From Corallococcus exiguus (lineage in GTDB: Bacteria; Myxococcota; Myxococcia; Myxococcales; Myxococcaceae), in assembly GCF_017302975.1 (NCBI RefSeq), contig NZ_JAFIMT010000003.1: 64,000 nt of DNA; one strand, written 5' to 3'. Position numbers and translations under genes: made by a program. The notes under the pieces are model-generated. The model was not told the origin of the DNA. It did no database searches and saw nothing but the letters and a program-made list of their open reading frames with translations. How positions within the stretch are numbered: position 1 is the stretch's first letter; each line of letters opens with the position of its first letter. This document shows, in pieces, positions 35,832-44,261 of the stretch.

Positions 35832-38375
35832 CTAATAATGGAGTCGAACTTCTGTGAAGACACCCAGCGGCGGTGCGGGGAAGCCGTGGGACTCCTCGTA
35901 CTTCGCGTTGAAGAGGTTCGTGCCCAGCAGTGACACCGCCACGCGCTCGTGGACGTTGAAGCCCACACGCGCGGTCGCGGTGATGTAACTGGGCAGCTTC
36001 ACGCGGGTGGTGGTGCCGGCGTTCTCGTCCACCACGAAGCCCGGATCATACCGGGCGCCCACGAACAGGCCGTAGAGCTCCACGAAGGCGAACTTGCCGA
36101 TGTTGGTGCGGCCGCGCAGGTAGACGCGGTGGCTGGGCGCGTAGTCCAGCGGGTAGCCGGACCCGCCGCCCACCGGCAGCGCCTGGGCGTCCAGGAACTG
36201 GTAGGCCACGTCGAAGGACGAGTTGAGGGACGGCACCTGCGCCGCCGCTTCCGCCTCGAAGCCCGCCACGCGCGCGTCGCCCAGGTTCTTGAACTGGGAC
36301 GTGGAGCCGAAGAGGAGCTCCTGATTGATGAAGTTGCGGGCGCGGTTGTAGAAGCCCGTGCCCGTCAGGCGCACCCTGCGGTCCAGCGGCCAGAAGTCCA
36401 CCGCCGCCTCCACCGTGTCCAGCGTCTCCGCGCGAAGGGACGGGTTGCCCAACAGCGTCGCGGCGTACATCTGCTGGTTGATGGCCAGCTCCGCCAGCGT
36501 GGGCGCGCGGAAGGCGCGGCCGTAGTTGGTGCGCAGCGTGAGCAGCTCCGGGATGGCATGGAACACGACGCTGGCGCGCGGGGACACCTGATCCGTCTTC
36601 GCCTCCCAGACCTTGGCGGGGATCTGGTAGTTGTCGTAGCGAGCGCCCGCGCCCACCACCAGCCGGTCCGTGATGCGGTACTCCGCGTCCACGAAGCCGC
36701 CCAGGATGGTCTGCTGGGTGTCGTCCAGGGTCAGGCCGGGCAGGATGTTCTGGTTGTTCACCTGGTCGGCCTTCACGTCGCCGCCGACGGTGACGGAGAG
36801 CTTGTCCAGGGAGAACAGCGCGCGCGCCTCACCGCCCAGGCGGCTGCGCTTGCCCAGCGTGTCCTCCAGGGCGCCGGTGATTTCATTCTCCAGCGTCACG
36901 TTGCGGCGCTTGAAGAAGGCGTAGGCCTGGGCGAACACGCGCACGTGGTCCGTCACCTGCTGATCCAGCTGCAGGGCGGCGTTCAGGTTCTGGACGTGCT
37001 CGTTGTCCTGCGCGGTGTAGTGGCAGCGGCCGCAGTTGCCCACGGTGGAGATGTTCTGACCGCCGGGCCGGCCGATGTTGCCATCCGTGAAGTCCGCGTC
37101 CAGCGCGAGGGGGCCCACGCGGACCTTGCCGTTCACCTGGTGGACCAGCGAGTCCTCGTTGGTGTCCGTCTGGTTCAGCTGCGGGTTGTTGAAGAGCTGC
37201 GGGCCGTCCGAGCCGAAGCCGTAGTAGCCGAGCAGCGCCTCCACCGGGCCGCCGCGGCCGGCGACGTTGGTCTGCAGGCGCCAGGTCTTGTCCTGGCCCG
37301 CGAGGATGCGCGCGTCGGCGCCCACGTTCTGGCCCTTGGCGATGAGGTCCGCGGGCTGGCGCTCGATGATGTTGATGACGCCGCTGAAGGCGTTGGAGCC
37401 GTAGAGCGACGAGCCCGGGCCGCGGATGACCTCCACCTGCTTCAGGTTGGTGAGCGGCGTCGTCTCATCCGCGTAGAACTGGCCCGTCCAGGGGTCCGTC
37501 AGCGGACGGCCGTCCTTGAGGAGCAGCAGGCGGTTGGACAGGTAGTTGGAGCCCAGGCCGCGCGCGCTCACCGCCGCCTTGCGCATGGAGCCCCGGCGGC
37601 ACTCCATGCCGGGGAAGTACTGGATGGCCTCGCAGAGCGAGAACTGGCCGGTGCCTTCCAGTTCCTCCGCGGGAATCCAGGACACCGTGAGGGGCACGTC
37701 GGAGATGCGCTGGCTGCGCTTGGACGCCGTGGTGACGACGGCCTCGCTCAGCGCCCGGTTGATGTTCTGCTCCAGGTCGTCGCCACCGCCCAGGTCCGGG
37801 CCGTCCAGGCCGGAGAGGCTGGAGGGCGGCGGCAGCGCGCGGTCGGTGGTGGGCTCCGTGAAGGGCGCGCGGTCCGGGACGTTGTCCGCCGTGCGCGGCT
37901 GCGACGACGGCAGCATCGCGCCGGTCCCCAGCGCCGGCGCGGGCGGCGGGTTGGACGGGATGTCCGACGTCAGCGGCCCGTCATACGGCGACGGCGAGGC
38001 CACGGGCAGCGGATCCGAAACGGACGGACCCGGGCCGGCCATGGGGGCGGGAGGCGTGGGCGGCGGCTCGGTGGCGAGCGCCGGCTCCTGAGGCGAGACG
38101 GGCTCGTCCCCGGGAACGTGCTCCACGTCCGTCGGAGGGGGCTGGGCCTTCGCGCCCCGGCGCGTCTTCGCCGTGCGCGGAGGCTTGGCGCCGGGCGTGG
38201 CGGCCTTGGCACCCGGCGTCGTGGCCTTGGCGCCCGGCGTGGTGGCCGCGCGCTTGCGGGCGGCCTTGGTCCGCGTCTTGGGGGCGGGCTCCTGGGCCTC
38301 CTGGGCCTGGGCAGTCTCCACCGCGAAAAGGGACAGTGCGCAGACCACCAGGGTCAGGCACGCGCGCGCGCCCAT
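35832..38375 (-). CDS. TonB-dependent outer-membrane receptor with a ~190-aa Pro/Ala/Lys-rich N-terminal extension
   Basis: Signal peptide MGARACLTLVVCALSLFAVETAQA (alternative ATG at 38435). Plug-domain motifs (DVPLTVSWI, RGPGSSLYGSNAFSGVINI). 22-strand barrel with a C-terminal aromatic end (...FTEVRLHY). Confidence 0.85.
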   Translation of the reverse strand: MGARACLTLVVCALSLFAVETAQAQEAQEPAPKTRTKAARKRAATTPGAKATTPGAKAATPGAKPPRTAKTRRGAKAQPPPTDVEHVPGDEPVSPQEPALATEPPPTPPAPMAGPGPSVSDPLPVASPSPYDGPLTSDIPSNPPPAPALGTGAMLPSSQPRTADNVPDRAPFTEPTTDRALPPPSSLSGLDGPDLGGGDDLEQNINRALSEAVVTTASKRSQRISDVPLTVSWIPAEELEGTGQFSLCEAIQYFPGMECRRGSMRKAAVSARGLGSNYLSNRLLLLKDGRPLTDPWTGQFYADETTPLTNLKQVEVIRGPGSSLYGSNAFSGVINIIERQPADLIAKGQNVGADARILAGQDKTWRLQTNVAGRGGPVEALLGYYGFGSDGPQLFNNPQLNQTDTNEDSLVHQVNGKVRVGPLALDADFTDGNIGRPGGQNISTVGNCGRCHYTAQDNEHVQNLNAALQLDQQVTDHVRVFAQAYAFFKRRNVTLENEITGALEDTLGKRSRLGGEARALFSLDKLSVTVGGDVKADQVNNQNILPGLTLDDTQQTILGGFVDAEYRITDRLVVGAGARYDNYQIPAKVWEAKTDQVSPRASVVFHAIPELLTLRTNYGRAFRAPTLAELAINQQMYAATLLGNPSLRAETLDTVEAAVDFWPLDRRVRLTGTGFYNRARNFINQELLFGSTSQFKNLGDARVAGFEAEAAAQVPSLNSSFDVAYQFLDAQALPVGGGSGYPLDYAPSHRVYLRGRTNIGKFAFVELYGLFVGARYDPGFVVDENAGTTTRVKLPSYITATARVGFNVHERVAVSLLGTNLFNAKYEESHGFPAPPLGVFTEVRLHY
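38184..38246. repeat. 3 x 21-bp perfect-period tandem repeat inside the TonB receptor N-terminal extension
   Basis: Units cttggcgccgggcgtggcggc / cttggcacccggcgtcgtggc / cttggcgcccggcgtggtggc, encoding (A/T)TPGAK x3 on the minus strand. Degenerate copies flank it. Confidence 0.7.
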
Positions 38376-38670
38376 CCGACCGGCAAACCCCTTCACCACG
38401 TTGGTGCGCGATCCACCGTACTCAGTCGAGTCCATCGTTCTCAATTCCACGAGGGGAAGCAGGGGGTGTCCGCGGTCGTTGCGCCAGGATCAGAGCCGGT
38501 GTGACTGGCAATCGTTCTCAGGGGCGAGTTTCCACCCCTGAACGGTGGCGTTCCGCTCGACTTCTCAAATTACCGCAATAACTCGCCTTAGGCCAAGTCA
38601 TGGCTGTCGATCCCGGTGAAACACGCGCACGGCGGCGAAAACACCGTGCGCGGCTCAGCCCACGCCGCAA

Positions 38671-39597
38671 TCAGTCATCCGGCTGTTCGGCGGAGACAGC
38701 CAGGTCGTCCACGAATGGCGGCAGGGCAGGACCCAGCGACTCGGATTGGACGAGCACGGGGGTCTCCACCCGAAGGTCGGGCGAGTCCGCGAGGACGGGC
38801 TGACGGCGCGGGGGGCCCTGGGTGACGAGCTTGCGGAAGTCCTCGAACTCGCGGCCCTGGATGCGGGCGAAGGCGTCGAACGGGGCGACCGCACCCACGG
38901 AGGACAGGGACTGGGACAACGCGTCTCCCCCGCCCTTCAGGTCCACCAGCACGGCGCCCGGCACCCGGCTGCTCTTGAAGAGCACCCGCATGTCCTTGGG
39001 CACGTGCGCCACCGGCACGAGCGCGGCCTCCGCGCCCTTGGCCTCCAGCATCTTCACCGCCGACTCCACGTTGGGCACCGGCACCAGCTTGAAGTGCTTC
39101 TGGGCATCCAGGTCACCGCCCAGCACGACGTGGGAGACGAACTTCGGATCCGCGGAGCCCGCGCCCTTGACCAGCGCCATGCGCTTGCCGGCCAGGTCCT
39201 TCACGGTGCCCTTCTGGAGGGAGATGATGGCCCAGCGCTGCTGCGTCTCACCGGCGCGCGGCGCGTACGCCACCGGCTCCGCCTTGGAGCCCAGCTGCAC
39301 CGCGGCCCAGCCGTCCACCACGGCGAAGTCGATCTGCCCCTCCCCCACCGCCTTGGAGAAGTCCTCGTAGCGGCCAAAGCTCTTGGCGCCAACGGGGCGG
39401 CCCAGGCTGGCCTCCAGCTTCTGGGCGAGCGCCTCCGCGTACTGGAAGCGCTCCTGACCGTCCGACAGCGTGGTGGCGAGGAACACGCCCAGCGTGGCCT
39501 TCTTCGGAGCGGCGGCCGCGGGGCTGGCGACGGAAACGGCGAACAGCACGGCGGCGAGCAGGAGGCTCCCCCGCGCGACAAGGGATGGCGTCTTCAC
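38671..39597 (-). CDS. PhnD/SsuA/transferrin-type periplasmic substrate-binding protein (phosphonate/phosphite-binding-like)
   Basis: Signal peptide MKTPSLVARGSLLLAAVLFAVSVASPAAAA. The sequence (LGVFLATTLSDGQERFQYAEALAQKLEASLGRPV...) has a class II binding-protein fold pattern. Its start overlaps the TPR gene stop (ATGA). Confidence 0.75.
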   Translation of the reverse strand: MKTPSLVARGSLLLAAVLFAVSVASPAAAAPKKATLGVFLATTLSDGQERFQYAEALAQKLEASLGRPVGAKSFGRYEDFSKAVGEGQIDFAVVDGWAAVQLGSKAEPVAYAPRAGETQQRWAIISLQKGTVKDLAGKRMALVKGAGSADPKFVSHVVLGGDLDAQKHFKLVPVPNVESAVKMLEAKGAEAALVPVAHVPKDMRVLFKSSRVPGAVLVDLKGGGDALSQSLSSVGAVAPFDAFARIQGREFEDFRKLVTQGPPRRQPVLADSPDLRVETPVLVQSESLGPALPPFVDDLAVSAEQPDD

Positions 39598-42107
39598 GGC
39601 GTCTCCTCCGCGACCCCGGTGGCCGGCGCGACGCCCTGCGCGTCACCCAGTCCATAGAGGCCCTGCAGGCGGTCCTTCCATTCCCGTACCTGGGCAGCGC
39701 GAGGACCCGCGCCAGCGGCCAGGTAGCGGCGCCAGGCGTCCACGGCCTCGGCGGGTTCATGCCGTCGCTCCTGCGCGTCGATGCCCAGGTTGAGCGAGGC
39801 GACAGGTACGGCGGACTCCAGGCGCTTCCACGTCGCGAGCGCCGAGGTGCTGTCGCCCTGGCGCCAGTCCACGCACGCCAGGTTGTGCTGCACCAGCGCG
39901 TCGTCCGGCGTCGCGGTGAGCGCGGCCTTCAGCGCCTTCTCCGACGCCTTCATGTTGCCGGAGGCGTACGCGAGCGCCGCCTCACGACGCAGCAGCGCGC
40001 CGGTGAGGTTGCCCATCCACTTGGGCTGACCGGGCATGGGCTTCTTCTGCGCGGCGGTGAGCAGCTTGCGCGAGGGCGCGACCTTGCCCTGGCGGTAGAG
40101 CACCCACGCGTCCGCGAGCGTGCGCGTGTTGGGCCACGCCCATTCCGGCGCGGGCGTGAGGGAGCGCTTGAGGCCGGCGGTGGCCTCCGCGAACTTCCCT
40201 TCCTCCGCGCGCGTGAGCGCCCGGGCGAAGGCGGCCAGCTTCGCCAGGTCCCCGCGCTTGCCAGTGCCCAGGCGGTCCACCGCGTCCAGGTCCCGGTTCG
40301 CCGCGGCGGCGTCGCCCACCTCCAGCTTCGCCAGGGCCCGGCGCACCAGCACGCGAGGCAGGTTCGCCTCCGCCACCTTCGCGGCCGTCTTGGAGGGCCC
40401 CGCGTCCGTCAGCCGCTGCACGGCTGCGTCCACCTGGCCCAGCTCCACCTCCGCGAGCGCGGCGCCCGCGGACGCTTCCGCGCGCTGATCCGGCTCCTGC
40501 GTGGCCTCACCGGACTGGGTGAACGCGGCGAGCGCGGCCTGCGCGTCGCCACCGCCCAGCCGGGCGTAGCCGAGCAGCAGGTGCTCGCGCCAGGTCGCAC
40601 CCGGCAGCGTCACCGCGCCCTCCATCACCTTGCGGGCCTCCGCGAACTGGTGGCTGTCCAGGAGCGCCGCGCCCAGCCGGCGGGCCATGGGCACGGAGCG
40701 GTCCAGGTCATACGCGCGGCGCAGGTCGCGCACGGCGTCTTCCAGGCGCTGGGTCCCGGCGCGATCTCTCGCGCGGTGGGCCAGGGCCCGGGCCAGCCAC
40801 TGCTTCGCGCCGGGGTGGTTGGGCTCCACCTGGAGCGCGCTGCCGTAGTCCTCGATGGCCTGGTCCCACTGGCCGGTGGCGAAGTGATCCGCGCCCAGCA
40901 GCACGTGGCCCAGCGCCTGGCGCGGGGCCATCTCCACCACGCGCCGGTGCACCTCCACCGCGCGCTGGTAACGGCCGGCACGGCGGTTGACGGAGCCCAG
41001 CGTCGCCCACAGCTCCAGGCTGCCGCCACCCGACTTCACGGCGGACTCCAGGAACTGGATGGCCTCCTCGTGGCGCGCCTGCGCCTGGAGCGCCTTGCCC
41101 ACGGCGATCTGTCCCAGCAGCAGGCCCGGCTGCAGCTCCAGCACCTTGCGGAACTCCGCTTCCGCCTGCGCGGGCTGCTTCTGCGCGAGCCGCACGTCAC
41201 CCATCAAGAGGTGCGCGGCGGGCGTGGAGCCCAGCTTCATCAGGGCGGTGGCCTGGAGGTCCGCGCGCGGCACGTCGCCCGCGGCCAGGTACAGGCGCGC
41301 GAGGCGCTCCTTCGGCTCCGCCACCTGCGGGAACTTCGTCACCAGCCGCTCCAGGAGCGCGCGGGACTCCGGCACGTGGCCTTCCATCTCCAGCACGGCG
41401 GCCAGACCGATCTGCGCCGTCGCGGACTCGGCCCGGCCGGCCTGCGCCTTCTCGAACGAGGCGCGCGCGGCGGCAGCGTCCCGGCGGATGAGGTGCGCCT
41501 TGCCCAAGAGCTCATGGATCTGGAAGTCGTTGCCCGCGAGCTTCTCCGGACGCAGCATCAGGTAGCGCTGCAGCCGCGTCACAGCCCGGTTCCCATCCTG
41601 GACGTACAGGTAGTAGCTGGCCAGGTAGTAGTGGACGATGAGGTGGTCCTGCTGATCCGCGGCGGCCACCTGCTCCAGCACCGGCACCGCCTCCTGGAAG
41701 CGGCGCAGCTTGAAGTACGCGGTGCCCAGCGGGTACGCGAGCGACAGCTCCTGCGGGTTCTGCGCGAACACCGGCGCAAGGCGCGTGGCCGTGCGCTGGA
41801 AGTCCTGGAGCGCGTTGGCGGCGCTGCCCAGGCCCGCGGCGGCGAACACGGACTGCGGCTCCTGCGTGAGCGCCTGCTCGAAGAGCTGGAGCGCCTTGGT
41901 GAACTTCTCCTGCGCCTCCTTCTTGTCACCCTTGGAGGCGGCGGCGTTGGCGGACACGAGGGCCTGCTCCCCCTGCTCCGTCATGCGCTGCGCCTCGGTG
42001 GCGGGCGGCGGGCGGAACTGGGCGAGCGCCGCCGGTGGGCCGGCCAGGGTGGCCAGCAGGGCGAGCGCGGTGGAGACGCGGCGCGGGGAACGGTGGAATG
42101 AGCGCAT
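39594..42107 (-). CDS. secreted TPR-repeat protein
   Basis: Signal peptide MRSFHRSPRRVSTALALLATLAGPPAALA from the ATG at 42107. More than 15 TPR-like helical hairpins (repeated AxxxLGxAxxxxGxxxxAxxxFxxAL patterns). Confidence 0.8.
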   Translation of the reverse strand: MRSFHRSPRRVSTALALLATLAGPPAALAQFRPPPATEAQRMTEQGEQALVSANAAASKGDKKEAQEKFTKALQLFEQALTQEPQSVFAAAGLGSAANALQDFQRTATRLAPVFAQNPQELSLAYPLGTAYFKLRRFQEAVPVLEQVAAADQQDHLIVHYYLASYYLYVQDGNRAVTRLQRYLMLRPEKLAGNDFQIHELLGKAHLIRRDAAAARASFEKAQAGRAESATAQIGLAAVLEMEGHVPESRALLERLVTKFPQVAEPKERLARLYLAAGDVPRADLQATALMKLGSTPAAHLLMGDVRLAQKQPAQAEAEFRKVLELQPGLLLGQIAVGKALQAQARHEEAIQFLESAVKSGGGSLELWATLGSVNRRAGRYQRAVEVHRRVVEMAPRQALGHVLLGADHFATGQWDQAIEDYGSALQVEPNHPGAKQWLARALAHRARDRAGTQRLEDAVRDLRRAYDLDRSVPMARRLGAALLDSHQFAEARKVMEGAVTLPGATWREHLLLGYARLGGGDAQAALAAFTQSGEATQEPDQRAEASAGAALAEVELGQVDAAVQRLTDAGPSKTAAKVAEANLPRVLVRRALAKLEVGDAAAANRDLDAVDRLGTGKRGDLAKLAAFARALTRAEEGKFAEATAGLKRSLTPAPEWAWPNTRTLADAWVLYRQGKVAPSRKLLTAAQKKPMPGQPKWMGNLTGALLRREAALAYASGNMKASEKALKAALTATPDDALVQHNLACVDWRQGDSTSALATWKRLESAVPVASLNLGIDAQERRHEPAEAVDAWRRYLAAGAGPRAAQVREWKDRLQGLYGLGDAQGVAPATGVAEETP

Positions 42108-42115
42108 GCGGTTCG

Positions 42116-43708
42116 TCAAGGCGAGGGGGCGGGGCTGAATTCGGCGACGATGACGGTGATGTCGTCGCGCTGGGGCTGGCCGGCGCTGTACGCGCGCACG
42201 TCCGCGAGGAGCGCGTCGCGAAGGGCGTCGGCGGGGAGGTGGGCGTGGGTCTGGAGCGCCGCGGCCAGTCGCTGCGTGCCGTAGAGCCGGTTGGCGCCGT
42301 CGCGCGCCTCGGTGAGGCCGTCCGTGTACCAGACGATGATGTCGCCGGGGCTCAGCACCGCCTGGCGCGACGTGAACTGCGAGGCGACGTTCGCGCCCAG
42401 CAGCGGACCACGCGCGGGCAGCGAGGCCATCTGCCGCGTGTTCCGGTTGTAGATGGCCGCCGCCGGGTGGGCGCCCGCCGCGTAGTCAATCTGGCCGCTG
42501 TACACGTCGATGACCGCGAGCGCGCTGGACATCTGGTGCTCGCCGCGGCCCACGTTGGCCAGCGTCACGTTGAGCGCGGTGATCAGCATCTGCGCGTGCA
42601 CCTGCGACGGCTCGCGCAGCGTCATGGCGGAGGCGAAGCCGCTGGTGGCGCTGGTGGCGACCAGCGACGTGGACAGACCGTGGCCCGTCACGTCTCCGAT
42701 GCCAATCACCACGCGCCGATCGTCCAGCGCGGCGCGGAACCACCAGTCGCCGCCGCACGCGTCCGCGGGCACCACCAGCCCGGCCAGCCGCAGCGGCCCC
42801 ACCGTCACGGCCTCGCGGCCCGGCAGGAGCGTCTCCTGCACCGTGCGCGCGAGCGACACCTCGCGCTCCAGCTGCGCCTTGGCGCGCACGTCCTCCAGCA
42901 GGACCTTGATTCGCTCCGCCATGTGGTTGAACACCACGCCCAGCGTCGTCACCTCGCGGCCCGCGCCCGGCGCCGTGCCCGCGCGAGCACCCAGGTCACC
43001 GGCGGCCAGCTGCATCACGCGGTGGGTGAGCACGCCCAGCGGCTTGGTGATGCGGCGGCTCTGGAACGCGGCCAGCACGCTGGCCAGGACGACGAAGCCC
43101 ACGCCCAGCCCGACGATGCGCAGCGTGTTGGCGCGCACCGCGGCACGGTTGGTCTCTTCCAGCTCGTGCAGCTGCTTCTGCAGGTCCTCCAGCGAGTAGC
43201 TGATGACGACCACGCCCTTGCCGGCCTGCGAGCCGTAGTCGAGCGGCTCCTGGAACTCGAAGACGGGCTGGCCCTGGAAGAAGGCGCTGGCCCAGCGGCG
43301 CTCCGCGGTGCGGCCTCCGGAGGACTCGCCCAGCTTGGCGGACGGGTCGCTGTCCGCGACGAGCTGCCCATCCGCGTCGAACATCTGCACGCGCAGGATG
43401 TTGCGGTTGTCCGAGATGATGGAGCGCGCCACTTCCGTGAGGAACGCGTAGTTGTTGTCCCGCAGGCTGGTGGCGGAGGTGAGCGCCAGCGTGTGGCTCA
43501 CCGTCTGGCCCAGTTCGCGCGCCTGTGACTGGAGCCGCTGCGTGAAGCGATCCGACGTCGCGGTGAGCTGCGCCTCCGTCGTCTTCGCGGACAGCGCGGC
43601 CAGCAGGCCCACGATGATGATGACCAGCGCGCCCGTGGTGAGCAGCAGCAGCTGATCCAACCGGAGCCCGCGGATGGCCGCCACGTTGGGCAGCTCGCCG
43701 GCCTCCAT
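42116..43708 (-). CDS. membrane-anchored HAMP plus PP2C-type serine phosphatase (RsbU/SpoIIE family)
   Basis: TM helix LLLLTTGALVIIIVGLLAALSA, a ~160-aa extracytoplasmic region, a second TM helix VGLGVGFVVLASVLAAF, then HAMP, then PP2C motifs (GGDWWF, IGIGDVTGHGLSTSL, DGLTEA, DDITV). ATG at 43708; an upstream GTG at 43978 would add a Pro-rich leader. Its 3' end overlaps the TPR gene start. Confidence 0.8.
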   Translation of the reverse strand: MEAGELPNVAAIRGLRLDQLLLLTTGALVIIIVGLLAALSAKTTEAQLTATSDRFTQRLQSQARELGQTVSHTLALTSATSLRDNNYAFLTEVARSIISDNRNILRVQMFDADGQLVADSDPSAKLGESSGGRTAERRWASAFFQGQPVFEFQEPLDYGSQAGKGVVVISYSLEDLQKQLHELEETNRAAVRANTLRIVGLGVGFVVLASVLAAFQSRRITKPLGVLTHRVMQLAAGDLGARAGTAPGAGREVTTLGVVFNHMAERIKVLLEDVRAKAQLEREVSLARTVQETLLPGREAVTVGPLRLAGLVVPADACGGDWWFRAALDDRRVVIGIGDVTGHGLSTSLVATSATSGFASAMTLREPSQVHAQMLITALNVTLANVGRGEHQMSSALAVIDVYSGQIDYAAGAHPAAAIYNRNTRQMASLPARGPLLGANVASQFTSRQAVLSPGDIIVWYTDGLTEARDGANRLYGTQRLAAALQTHAHLPADALRDALLADVRAYSAGQPQRDDITVIVAEFSPAPSP

Positions 43709-44261
43709 GGGCGCGATGACCGTGCTCGTGGGCTCCGTCGGCGGCAGCCCCACCGAGCCCGTCAGCCGGGTGGCCGTGTTCTCCCCGCGCAGCCCGGTGA
43801 GCTCCCGGGAATGGGTGCCGGTGTACTCCGGAGGAGGAGGCGGGGTGCCGGGCGCAGCATCGGATGCATCAGGTGATTCGGGCACGGGGTCGAGGCGCGT
43901 GTTCGTACGGGACAAAGGCACACCTGGGGGAGCCCGCGTCGGAAGTACGCGGTCGGAGCGGGGCGGACTGTATCTCACTTCCTGATTGACGCGAGGAGTC
44001 CACCTGTCAGGCGATTCCTCGCGGGCGCCCCCTCCCCCGCCCCCCCAACGGCCGTGCGATCAGCCCGGACCCGGAGCGTCCAACCGCCTCCTGGAAGCAG
44101 CACGTCACGAGGGCATGGATGAGTTCCGCTCATTGCCGCGTCGCGCTACCCGGGGGCCGAAAGGTGATGGCGAACACCCGTGACATCAGGGTCCTTGAGT
44201 CGGGAGGCCGCGTTCGGAGTATAGGGGCGTCCCTTTCTTTCCCCTTCGAGGTCGTCCGCCC
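43709..44261. promoter_or_regulatory. divergent intergenic region between the phosphatase gene string and the BCKAD E1 genes
   Basis: A 550-bp non-coding gap that contains a C-rich tract (ccctcccccgccccccc). Promoters are not assignable by eye. Confidence 0.3.

Noticed and set aside
35949-38504. 851-aa plus-strand ORF antisense to the TonB-dependent receptor gene
   Set aside because: Arg/Gly/Val-rich shadow ORF. The receptor frame has plug and barrel signatures and a C-terminal aromatic residue.
39585-42101. 838-aa plus-strand ORF antisense to the TPR gene
   Set aside because: Low-complexity Arg/Leu/Gly translation. The sense frame gives regular TPR hairpins and a signal peptide.
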